A stretch of DNA of 64,000 bases, taken from assembly GCF_009914755.1 (NCBI RefSeq), contig NC_060948.1; one strand, 5' to 3'. Shown in pieces: positions 11,021 through 22,275 of this stretch. The position numbers and the translations under genes were made by a program. Position 1 is the stretch's first letter; each line of letters begins with the position of its first letter. Source of the DNA: the human T2T-CHM13v2.0 reference genome, Homo sapiens. Under the pieces are notes generated by a model, which saw only the letters and a program-made list of their open reading frames with translations, had not been told where the DNA came from and searched no databases.

Positions 11021-14000
11021 ACCACGGAGTTCATCATCTCGGAGCCGCTGGCCAATCTGTACTCATGTGGGGACCAGAACACACTGATGGAGGAGTTGGC
11101 AAAGCAGGCACAGCAGCGCGACAAGATGCTGTGCATGCACCACGCGCTGAAGGAGGCAAATGACATCAACAGGTGACATCAACAGGACCACCGTCAGCAT
11201 GCCCATGCCCCCGCCTGTGGATGACACCTGGCTGCAGGTGCAGAGTGTCCCTGAGGAACACAGGTACCAGGGACTGGCCCCCATAGCCCCAAAGTCCCCC
11301 ATCCGGGCCACACAGAGGAGTGCCCAGGGCTTAGTGGCACGCTCCCTCATGGGGTGGTTCCCACCTGGAGTAAGGGGTGGAGCTGGGATGTTCTCACCAC
11401 TGGGGGCGGGGCTTAAGCTCCGGCGACTGTCTCTGGGGGTGGCCGGGGCTGGGGCGGGGCCTCAGGGGGGCAGAGCCGCCCATCTCTCCCCTCCCTGTGC
11501 CTTGCAGGTCACCCAAGTCCAGCCCCAGGATGCCCAGACCCTGCCATGTCCCTAGCCCGGCCTGGGTGGCGGGCCCAGCTCTTGGGCTTCCTCTTGCCAG
11601 GTCCACCCTTGGGGAAGCGTGCCCTGTACCCTCCAGGCTAGAGGCTTCCCCTGATCCCTTCGGCCCCTACCCCACCAGGTGCACTCATGCCCCACCCGGG
11701 GTCTCCAGGTGAGTAGGGGCTGAATGCGACCAAAGAGGCTGCCGGATGGGCGTGGCCGGGATGGAAATGGGACTGGATTCCAGAGCATCAGACCTGGCCG
11801 CCTCCATCCAAGGCACTGGGACCATGGGTGCCAGAGCCACGTGTGGCCAAGGGCTGGCGGAGCCTGCCCCCCAGGGAGCACTGACTCCTGGAAGTGGTCG
11901 TTTTTGAGGGGGCTGTGGGGCTTGTCCCACCTGCCCCCTTCTGTCCAGTACGTGCATGGCACTTCCATCTTGGTGGGTTTTCACTCTTGGCGGCTGCCAC
12001 ACTTTGCATTTCTCTTCCTTTCTTCTTCTCACTGTCCTCCATCCTCCATTCTGTCCAACTCCTATCCCAGCCCCTGGGGAGCCTACCTCAGGTCTGAGAG
12101 TCTGGGTGTGTGGATTTCCTTCAGCTACCCGGATGTCCCCACTTCCAAGTCCTGACTCCTTTGAGCCATCTCAGGGGGTGTCCAGCCACTGGACCACAGG
12201 AGTAGAGGCCAGGCTGTGACTGTGTGACCAGCAAGGTGTGTGATGTGTGCAGGTGCAAGCACACGACTGTGAGAGTGTAAGAATGGCACCCAGGCCTCAG
12301 CTAGGACAGAAGCAGCTGGGGAAGGAGCCTGGGGGCCACAGGCAATCTGATTTTTTCTCCACACCTGGACCACTCACCCTCTATCCCTAACCCTGTCTAA
12401 ACTAATGGGGTAGTGGTAGCTGCAAGGGCAGGGATGAGAGTGGCTGAAGACTACTTCACTCCCAAAGATTTCTAAGGAAAATGGTTCTACCGCATCCTTT
12501 GGCTTGGCCTGGTTGACCCATGACCCTCTTTCAAGAACATTCACTCTGATTTCCAGTGTGCCCTGTTTCTACTGGCCACGTTCTCTAAGGAAGAACAATA
12601 GCATCTGTTTTTGTTTCCAAATGGCTGGACAGTGGGGCTGTAGGTCCAGCGCCCATATACAAAAATGAAGCAGGGATTGGGGCTTGCCCTATGACGTGCT
12701 GATGACCAAATTAGATGGGTAGAGGGAAGCAGCATAGTATTGGGCAAGATCACTGGACTGGGAGTCCAGAGATGCTGCTTCACCCTGGGGCTTTAAGCAA
12801 GTCCCTTTCCCTCCCAGAGCCTCAGCATCCCTTCTATGAAATGATGACGTTCTGCTTTTCTCCTAGGATGGCTGTGGGGATCAAGGGAGACAGTGGCCAT
12901 AGGGATACTATGTTAACTGCAGATGTGGCCATAGGAGCACTTTGCTAACTGCCAACATGAGTTCAGACTCTTCAGGCTATTTGGCACCCAGGTCTATGGT
13001 GAGGTGTGACATATGGGATGCAAAGTTTGATGCCTGCTCCGACTCCAGTCTTGCTAACACACACGAAACCTTTGGCAAATCATGACCCTGCCTTGGGGAA
13101 AAGGGCAGTCTGGGAGAGTTTCTTCAAGGCAGCCTGGCTTCAATGCAGTCCGGGGCATGACTGAGATAGGCATACGTTGTGAGGAACTGGAGGGTAACTG
13201 GGTAAAGAGCTGCAGTGTGGGCAGAAGTGTAGTGTGGGTCACATTGAGGATAGCCACTGGCCAAAGCAGGGAACAGAGACAGAATGAGGAAGAGCTCTGT
13301 GGGGAGGGTGGGGCACCGGGTGGAGAACCTTCAAAGTCCAAAGAGTATGACTTTTTGGGATTCAATGCTGTAGGCAGTAGGGAGCCATGGAAGGCTCTTA
13401 GGTGGAGAAATGACAGCCGGACATTAGTGAGCAAGCCCTGTCTCCCTGAGCAGCATGGGTGGTCCTCTGAGCACGCCAGGCACGAGTGTGCAGGGAGCTG
13501 GTGCACATGCCTCTGTGTGCGGGTGAGCATCTGTGTTGTGACTCTGCCCACGCATGTACTTCAGTGTGCCGAGTGGCTGCACGCCCCAGATCCATGCAGC
13601 ACGTGCCGGCCGGTGAGGGTGCTGGGCACCGGGAGGTGGTGGGGAGGGCGACGTATGCGTGTTGTTTGTGGGCATGTGTGTTAGCGTGTGCATGCGGGCC
13701 GTGGGGCCTCACAGCATGTGTGTGCACACTCCGGTGTGTGCGTGTGTGTCCCCCACCCCCAGGCCTGCCCCTTCCTTCTGGAGCTGCAGACTTGCTCCTT
13801 CCTTTTTCTGTCCTTGTGCTGCTGGCTGTCTCACTTCCCTCCTTGTGAGCCATGGGACTCAGTGCCACTTCTCAAGGTCTCCATGGCTGAGCCTGGGGGC
13901 TCCATGCCCAACCTGGCAGACATGGAACCATCAGAGAGGGCACAGAGCTCATGGTTTATGGTGTAGGGGCTGGGAGCTTCGAGGGGGTTGTGTGAGGGGC

Positions 14001-15427
14001 TGGACTCAGGCGGCCAGAGACCTGGGAACATCATACTGGGCACGCCGTACCTTTCGTGTGGTCTGAGTCATGCTGCCAGGGCAGGGATCCAGCTCCCAGC
14101 CTGGGAGTGCTGAGAGCCAAATCCACTGCAGATTAGGGGTGGTAGTCAGGGTCCCACATCCTCTATCTGTCAGCAATCCAGTGGTGATCTAGGATAAAAG
14201 CCTGAGAGTCCTATACACATGGTCATCCCACAACACACTTCATAGGCCATGGAAGGACACACAGCCCCCTTCCCTCCCTCCCAGGTACCATGATAGCTGC
14301 TAGCATGTGACTGAAGGCAGGGTCCCTGGCCCCTGCTGAAGCACTACTGCTGGCCAGCAGGCTCATGCACCTTGGCCTGTTGCTTCTAGGGTTCGCCAGT
14401 GCTATTCAGCCAAGGGGACCCCAGTGCATGCTGGCCCAGCTGAGCTCCACCTAGAGAGCTCACTTCCCTTTCCTGCAACGGAGTCTCCCTCCTCTGCTTT
14501 TCCCAGCAGGAAGGGCCCAGCCACACCTATGTAACCTGCAGCCCCCCGCTGACCAGTTGAGGCTCCCATTAGACTTAGAAGTCTATGGCCAATGGCATCC
14601 AACTACCTGCCCTCCCTGCCTTCCCCAGGTTCCCTCAGAGGACCCTGGGCTTTCTGATGGCTCAGAGGGGCCTCTGGCATTCACTCCAGCCAGCCGTCCC
14701 TTATAGATCCACCATTTTGGTTCAGTGTTCCTTCTCTATCAGGCTTGGTGGCTGTTGGATGGGGCTCTCCAAGCAAGAGGTGGCCCTGGGCCAGTGGGTT
14801 GGAAGACATGGGGACCACAGAAGAGGGAAGCCCGAGGGGGCTGGCATTGGTCTGAACTGTGGGTGGATGGGTGGATTGCCTGGGTGCCATGAGAGACGCC
14901 AGCGTGTGTGGGGTGGGGAGGGCCGCCGCAGTCCCCAGGCACTACCTATGAAGCTCTGGCTTCTCCCTCCATCTTCCTCCCCTTTCCTTTCTAGCCCCTC
15001 TTTTCCAGGAACCTTGCCATGCCCACAGCTACGCCCTCCCCTCCCCGGCCCTCCCACAGCTTCTGCAGCGCACCCATACTCTGCACTCGCCTCACCAGCT
15101 CTGACTTTTCTCTAACCCGTTTTCTCTCTGCTTTCTCTCCAACTACCAGCTGATCGGGTCAGGCAAGTCCATCCCATCCTGAGAGCCCCAGGCCCCACTT
15201 CGACCTCTAAACAGATTCCTCCTCTTCTCAGAGACCTCCCTTTCCAAGCCTGCCTGGGTGGGTGTCCTGTGACTTGACAGTGGCTCCCCCAGCCCCAAAG
15301 CCAGCCCCCTTCATCTGTGACTTAGTCTGTTGTAGTGGTGAGCTGACACATCCAGGTGTGACCATTGCTGAAAACTTGTGCCCCCTCTGTGGTATGCCCC
15401 TGCCCAGTTCTATAAATAGCTATAAAT

Positions 15428-15478
<51 letters not shown>

Positions 15479-15750
15479 CATATATATACGTGGCCAACTG
15501 CCTCAGCTCTAGCACTGGGAATCAGTCCCCGTGCTGTGCTTGCGGAGTCTTGTGGACCAGCAAGAGGAAGCTGTCTCCTGACATCGCCCCTCCAACGTGC
15601 ACCACCTCCATTGAGCTTCCGGGACATGCGTGGCCTGCGGACAGCTAGCCCCCGCCATCCCTCCCACCCTTCTGGCCAAGCATGGCGGTGCTGTGCAGGC
15701 AGCTGTGTGGCCTGACAGCCTCTACCAGTCCTGCTGTCCCTTGGCTGAGA
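11021..15750 (+). pseudogene. DNM1P: DNM1 (dynamin-1) pseudogene fragment: GED exon, proline-rich-domain exon, last exon and 3'UTR
   Basis: Exon 11021-11263 reads [46 protein letters not shown]...[16 protein letters not shown]. Exon 11508-11708 reads SPKSSP...VPSRLEASPDPFGP. The last exon starts at 15150 and reads SGQASPSHPESPRPHFDL* (TAA 15208-15210). Splice sites are canonical; stops at 11174 and 15151. The 3' end coordinate is approximate. Confidence 0.93.
15428..15489. repeat. Compound (CT)n(CA)n(TA)n microsatellite in the DNM1-derived 3'UTR
   Basis: Directly visible dinucleotide runs. Confidence 0.95.
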
Positions 15751-16970
15751 AACCCATTTCTGGATGACAGAGAATGTGTCCTCTGCTGGCTGTGTTCTCT
15801 ATGGACCTCAGGGGACGGAAAAAGCCAAGCCATTTTTAAGGTGTTGTTGGGAGCAGTGAAAAGGTCACACCCTTTTCAAGGGACACTTTTCCTGGAAAGT
15901 CCCTGGAGCTTAGCTGGATCTCACCCTGTGAAGCCAGCTCTGGCCACTAGGGGACAGGGCCCTGAACTCAGCCTGGAGGGAACCTGCGGGGCAGCCGGCA
16001 CTCTGGAGGGACAGACAGGCCACCTGGTGCAGACAGGAGAGGGAGGCAGGGGGACAGAACGGAAGACACTTAGGGTGGATGGAAGTCAGTGCCCTTGGGC
16101 GCAGGTATCTGCCTTCCCTGCCACAGCTACATCAGGCTTCTCAACCAGTTGGCTGTCAGGGCCAGACTGTACTCCGTAGGTGACATGGCAGTCCCCATGA
16201 AATCCACCAGGTGTCACCAGGCAGCATACAGGTAACAGGCCTGGAAGGTCCCCAACAGCCCAGCTGGACATTCTGAGACACTCTGGGGCTCCTCATTCAG
16301 TGGGACAAACTGCAGGACCCAGTGAGGGAAACAGGAACATACCAGGCCGAGCAGTATGGCTAAATCCATTTATTCCAAAATCAAAAGCAAAAAAAAAAAA
16401 AAAAAAAACCGAGTACCATCACCAGGGAGCCATGACCCCATCCCCGCCTCCTTCCTTGCTCCTATGCTAGCAATAAATAAGTTTCCCAGCCGTGAACAAT
16501 TATAAGAACCTCTTCCTCATATGCCAGCTGCAACCTCCGGTAGGTACGATACAGAATGTTACACAGATACAGTATGTACACGGGGGAAGGGGGGCCACCC
16601 CCAGCAGCCTGTGCCCTCACCTCATCTACAGTTATCTCCACTGTCCCGCCTCAGCTGCCTCTCTGAGTAAGAAGATGGGAGCCCCCCTGAGGGAAAAGTT
16701 GCTTTGGTGAGAGTAAGGAGGCCATCAGACCTCCTCCAAACAAACCAACTCCACCAACCTCTGGCTCTTACATAACAAACATCATCATCCAGAAATGTAA
16801 GGACTCAGGCTTGGTCAAGGTGGTAAAGGGTCTCTTTGTCTCCCTCCATTAGACAGGGGTCTTGTCTTGCTACCCTAATGGTAAAGGAGTGACAGGGAAG
16901 GGGTTGTAGGGACATGGTAGGGGTGAAGAATCCAGACCCACTTCTCCAGGCGTATGCTGACAGGGGCCTT

Positions 16971-19900
16971 CTTTTATTTATTTTTATTTTTATCCCATGA
17001 TGTTTTTTTAAGTCCTGTAACTTCTTTTTCAGGATGTTTTGAAAAAAAATTTCATAAAACTTTTTTTACTTTTTTTCCACAATTTTTTTGCCACAACTTG
17101 TCCACAGTATTTTTTATCCCGTAACTTTTTCATCCCACAACTTTTTTAAATTCCTGTCACTTTTTTAGTTTGTGTTCTTTTAATAAACACACTTACATAG
17201 TTACAATTTTGTAAGAATAAAAACCGATTATCTCATGCCAAGCATACCCAGAATTTGCAGAGTCTCAATACCCAATACTATAGTTTTCAAGACACACAAA
17301 ATTTTTAGGCAAAACAGCACCTTGAAACAATTTAATAATGTATTACATTATAGTAGCATCACAAAAGCAGTCAATAATGCCACTTTAGACAAAAATCAGT
17401 ATTTCCATTATGCATTCTGTGTATAAGAATTCATAAATCAGTAAAAGTCATTCTAAGAAAACTTGGCAAATACAGCTTTGGACTGGAATTGGCATTTCTT
17501 TGTCTACTTTCCTTCCCCTACATTCTTTGTTTTAAACAACAGTATTCATATTTTAAAATGTTTTAAATTATTTTAAGACATTAATATAGCAGTTACATTT
17601 TTGAATAGTTATTTGAAAGTGACTGTAAGATAAAGTTTTAGAGAATCTATTATGGATAGGGTTGGCTTACATTTTCACATTTTCTAAAAATCAGCTTTGG
17701 TTTTAGAACTGATTGTTTTTCATTTCCGGAAAACCTACCAGGTTTAATCAATTACTTTAAAAATAATTATCATATTTTGCAGTCTTTAAATAGGTGTTTT
17801 GATTCTTTACTCCCTGAAGAAATTCAAATTTATTCAGTTGAAGTCACATTTTTAAATTCTATGTTCCTGCTGAACTCTAACCTTCTAATGTTGCCTTCTA
17901 AGCAAATTAAAAGCTGCCTTATACTGAATGAGGTAGAGAACAAATACTTGGCTGAATGAGGTACTGCAAAAGACTGCATGCACTTTGAAGAAAGACTTGA
18001 GTTATTGTCATAGGATTTCCATTCTCTTTAGCTTTTTCTTAAACATATGACAAAATACCTACACAAAGAGTGGTATTTGAATTAATATAGTATATTTATA
18101 TTTCAGACTGACATTCAGCTTAAATATGCCAGTATGTGATTTAATCCAGAGGTACCTGATGAACACATTATTGTCAGATTGGTTACAGTTGCTAAATGCT
18201 ATCTGAAGGTCATTCCTAGTCATTTATGTGTCAGGGTAAAAGTGAAGTGATTTGAACTATAAAAATACCTTTGAAATAATTTATCAATGTATTAGATAAG
18301 CTCAGTTTCAGAATGATAAACAAAAACTGTTAGACCAAATAACATGGCTAATTAACAGTGGTATGATTTCTAGCCCGAGGGTTTAAAATGGAGTTAAAGT
18401 AAGTGTCTTTAAACTGAACTCAAAGAATGCAAAAGCAGCAAGTTCAGAAAAGGCAAGAACAGGACCTTTAGTCCATTTTAAGCCATAAATATTACAAAAA
18501 ATATGCCTCTAACTGAAACTGAGAGGTATAAAAACATATTTCACTCTTCATAAAGAACTTTGTGAGGAAATATAACTGATTGTATAGACACTTTCCTCAT
18601 GACACTTTGACATTCACAAACAGTAGATTGTGCTGCAGTTTGTAAACATTTTAAGTTGCATAAACTGCTCCTTGATTTTCAAATGTAGTATAATACTGTC
18701 TACTAAAATTCCTTTTTGTTTCAACTAAGTACTCTCGCTATATTAGTTTATAACAATGTTTGTTATTATTTTTAAAGTGTTCTCCATTCAAGGAAAATAA
18801 GTAAATTCCTATGTCAGACGGTTGAACACTAGCTATTAGCCAGAGAGGTCTAGATGGTAAAATCCATCTTCTAGCCTCAAATAAGCTATATGAACATAGA
18901 GGAATGCCAGGTGTCACACAGCTTTCCTTCACTCAAATTCATTCTTGACTAGAGCCTGTATGCCTGTTCCAGGGACATTTAAACTCTTAAAGGATTTCTT
19001 CTGATCTTTACTAAATACAATAAGGAGAATGCCAACCAGTGCCCTTTTGTGTACTGGGACATGTAGTCATGTGATTAAAACAGGGAACATGAACTCTGAC
19101 TTTAAAATGTTTGTAGATATAAATGCTCTCAGCTAGAAAAGTTTTTCCACATCCACAGTCATGATGGGAGCCTTTCATTCCTCAGAAATAATCCCTTTTC
19201 ATGTCGTCAAAAAAGAGTACAACTGCCACAGCTCATGAGGCAGTATCTTCATGAGCCCAGAGCACATACAAATCCTAAGGGAACTACCATAGTACAGTGC
19301 TCATTCTTGGCACCGGAACAAATGAAACATATTCTATCCTGCACACACCTACCAGAGCAGGCCACTTTCCTCTTTTGGGAGATTTAAAAACCTCCCCAAA
19401 ATGTTATTACTCCCATCCCCAATACACAGAAAAAGGGGGAAAAGCTGTTTCCAGTGCTTCACCTTTAAACAACTGTAAATGTCAGTACTCACAGTGGCAT
19501 ATTACAAAGTAATAGACCGTGCACTTGAGGGCAGACCACATATTGAGCTAATGAAGAGCTCACTGTGATTAGGATTTGATCAAACATAACAGCAGAACAT
19601 AAGGAAATTTTATCTGAATTCCGTAATGAATATACATGCTGTACTAACATTTAAAAAGCATGGCAGCCTATCCCAAACCAGCAAGAAAAGTTGTATGCAC
19701 ATAGTGGGTCTTTGGGTGTTTGAACTCCCACCACATAAGGGCAAACTTGATATGCATGCTAACATCCTATAATTATCAAATTTTAAAAAATGCTAAAGGA
19801 TGCCAGAGTGAACATGAGGGAAAGACCCACTCTCATTTAACTTTTTACAAATAAATTTAAACTATAAATTAGAAACACAAATAAATTTAAACTATAAATT

Positions 19901-20030
19901 AGAAACACAAATAAATTTAAACTATAAATTAGAAACACAAATAAACATAAGTGGCTCTAACTTTCAAATGAAGTAAATGAATTGTGTGGGAGACTAACCC
20001 CTTAACTTTTTTTTTTTTTTTAATTTCTTG
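16971..20030 (-). other. ~3 kb AT-rich processed-transcript (3'UTR-like) insertion inside the golgin 3'UTR; possibly the ITSN2-UTR component described for GOLGA duplicons
   Basis: Abrupt drop in GC content. Minus-strand ATTAAA at 17179-17184 is followed by a degenerate poly(A) tract (T-rich on +, 16971-17167). Intronless UTR-like sequence with no recognisable interspersed repeats. The source gene is inferred from memory. Confidence 0.6.
19847..19945. repeat. 30-bp AT-rich tandem repeat x3.3
   Basis: ACAAATAAATTTAAACTATAAATTAGAAAC is repeated perfectly. Confidence 0.95.
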
Positions 20031-20930
20031 ACCAGCTCTTAGATGATGGTGATGTTTATCTCCCTGTTCTCGGCAGCCCAAAAAGAATGGCATGCAGCAT
20101 CTCCTGCTCCTCCTGCAGCCTCTCCTGTACCAACAGCTTCTCCACCCAAGCCTGGGTGCTCCTGGGGAGTCCTGCATTAGAGGAAGGAGCTGCTGGATCT
20201 GCTGTGCAGTGGGGTTGTCATGGAGAGAACCCTCCCTGTCCTCTCCTGGTGCAGCCTCCACGCTACCAGTGAGGCTCACCTCACTAAGATCTTCAGAGAG
20301 AGGGAGGGGGGTGGGAATCTGAGCACAGTGCCAGCCTCCCCTGCTCCTGCCTGCCCACCCCACCTGAGGGCTCTACTCACCACACTGCTTGTCCGCACAC
20401 CCAAGCTCCTGTGGGATCAGGGCTCCTAGAGCGGTACACAGGTACTGGTCTTGCTGCTGCCGCAGACTTGGAGCCTCTTGGCTCTTCAGCTTCACCTGCC
20501 GGAAGACCCTGGGCATGAGGGCATGTGGTGGCTGGCTTCCAGATTCCTGGCCCATTAATAGGGTAGCAAGGGCACCGTGGGGCTCTGTGGCCTGCCCAGG
20601 CCGTGGACCCTTGCTCCAGCCCTAAGAGACTGCCTCCCTTGCCTGGAACCCCATGCCTCCTTCCCCAGCCTCAAATCTCACATCCTTTTTCCCAGCATTT
20701 AAACTGTAGACCAAAGACTGATGGAAAAGCAGGGGGAGCCAACCACCATCTGCTAAGTGTGCTACATGCCTAATGTTTCCACGTATTATCTCATTTAATC
20801 CTCAGCACCTCTGCAAGGAAAAGGCTAACTTCGTTTTGAAGTTAAAGAAACAGAGACTTAGAGATGCAAAGTAGTTGAATTATGACCAGTGGAACCAAGG
20901 CCAGAATCCAGTTTGAATCTAAGGAGTCTT

Positions 20931-21286
<356 letters not shown>

Positions 21287-21899
21287 TGATTGGGGGGCTC
21301 CATGCCTCTAGCTGGGATGATGATGTCCAGACCTGGGAGGAGCCCAGGGCTACCCACCTCTAAAAGTCAGAGGGCCGGAAGCAGAAACAGTCATAGGACT
21401 GCACTGGAGGGTGCTGGGGTCACCTGCCCTCAGGCTGCAGCTGCCTCTGGCCTGGCACATCCCCTCCCCAGAGGCTGGTGCCTGCCTCTCACATCTTCTT
21501 GGAGGGGTCGGAGATTACCGTCTCTTTCAGCTCACCCGGCTTCTTCAGCTCCTTTACTTGTTCCTCCAACTGCATTGCGCTCTTGTTCTCATTGTTCTGG
21601 ACAGAGAGAAACAATCAGTGGCCACCCACTAAAACTGGAGACCCCAGAACTTAGTGTCTGCCTCCCATGGCACCAGGAAGGGTGGAGGCAGTTTAGAAAA
21701 ATCATACCCTGTCTCCCACAGCCATCAGAGCAGGGCTCCGTCTCACAGGTGCCTTTAGAAGTACCACTTCATGTGAAGGCTACAATGCCCCATTTTACAG
21801 GTGGGGAAACAAGGGCCTTGAGGGCTAGGGAAGAGGGCAGCCTCCCCAGGTGGGGCAACGCACCAGCTCCTTGAAGCCGCTGTGTGACTCCGCCCTCTG

Positions 21900-22275
21900 C
21901 TCATAGAGGGCTTCCCAACCCAGCTCCAGCATCCTCTCCAGCACCCACATCCTCTCCAGCTCCCACAGAGTCTCCTGCTGCCACAGTCTCTCATCCTGCT
22001 CCCAAAGCCTCTCCTGTTCCAGCAGCTCCTCCACCTTGTCCAGCAGCCTCTCCCTCTCCAGCAGCCTCTCCTGCTCCTCTTGCCACCTCTCCTGTTCTAA
22101 CAGCTTCGCCACCTCTTCCAGCAGCCTCTCCTACCCTGGCAGCTTTTCCTGTTCACACAGCCTCTCCTCCTATTCACATAGCCTCTCCTCCTGTTCACAT
22201 AGCCTCTCCTTCTGTTCATGTAGCCTCTCCTCCTGTTCACGTAGCCTCTCCTCCTGTTCACGTAGCCTCTCCTTC
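21900..22275 (-). repeat. Coding heptad (21-bp) repeat array of the golgin coiled-coil exon
   Basis: Repeated TAGCCTCTCCTCCTGTTCA(C/T) units encode EQEERL(R/H/C), degenerating towards LEQERL. Confidence 0.85.

Noticed and set aside
8032-15115. Numerous 60-200 aa ORFs on both strands
   Set aside because: GC-rich intronic sequence of CSPG4/DNM1 origin; no recognisable domains outside the DNM1 exons.
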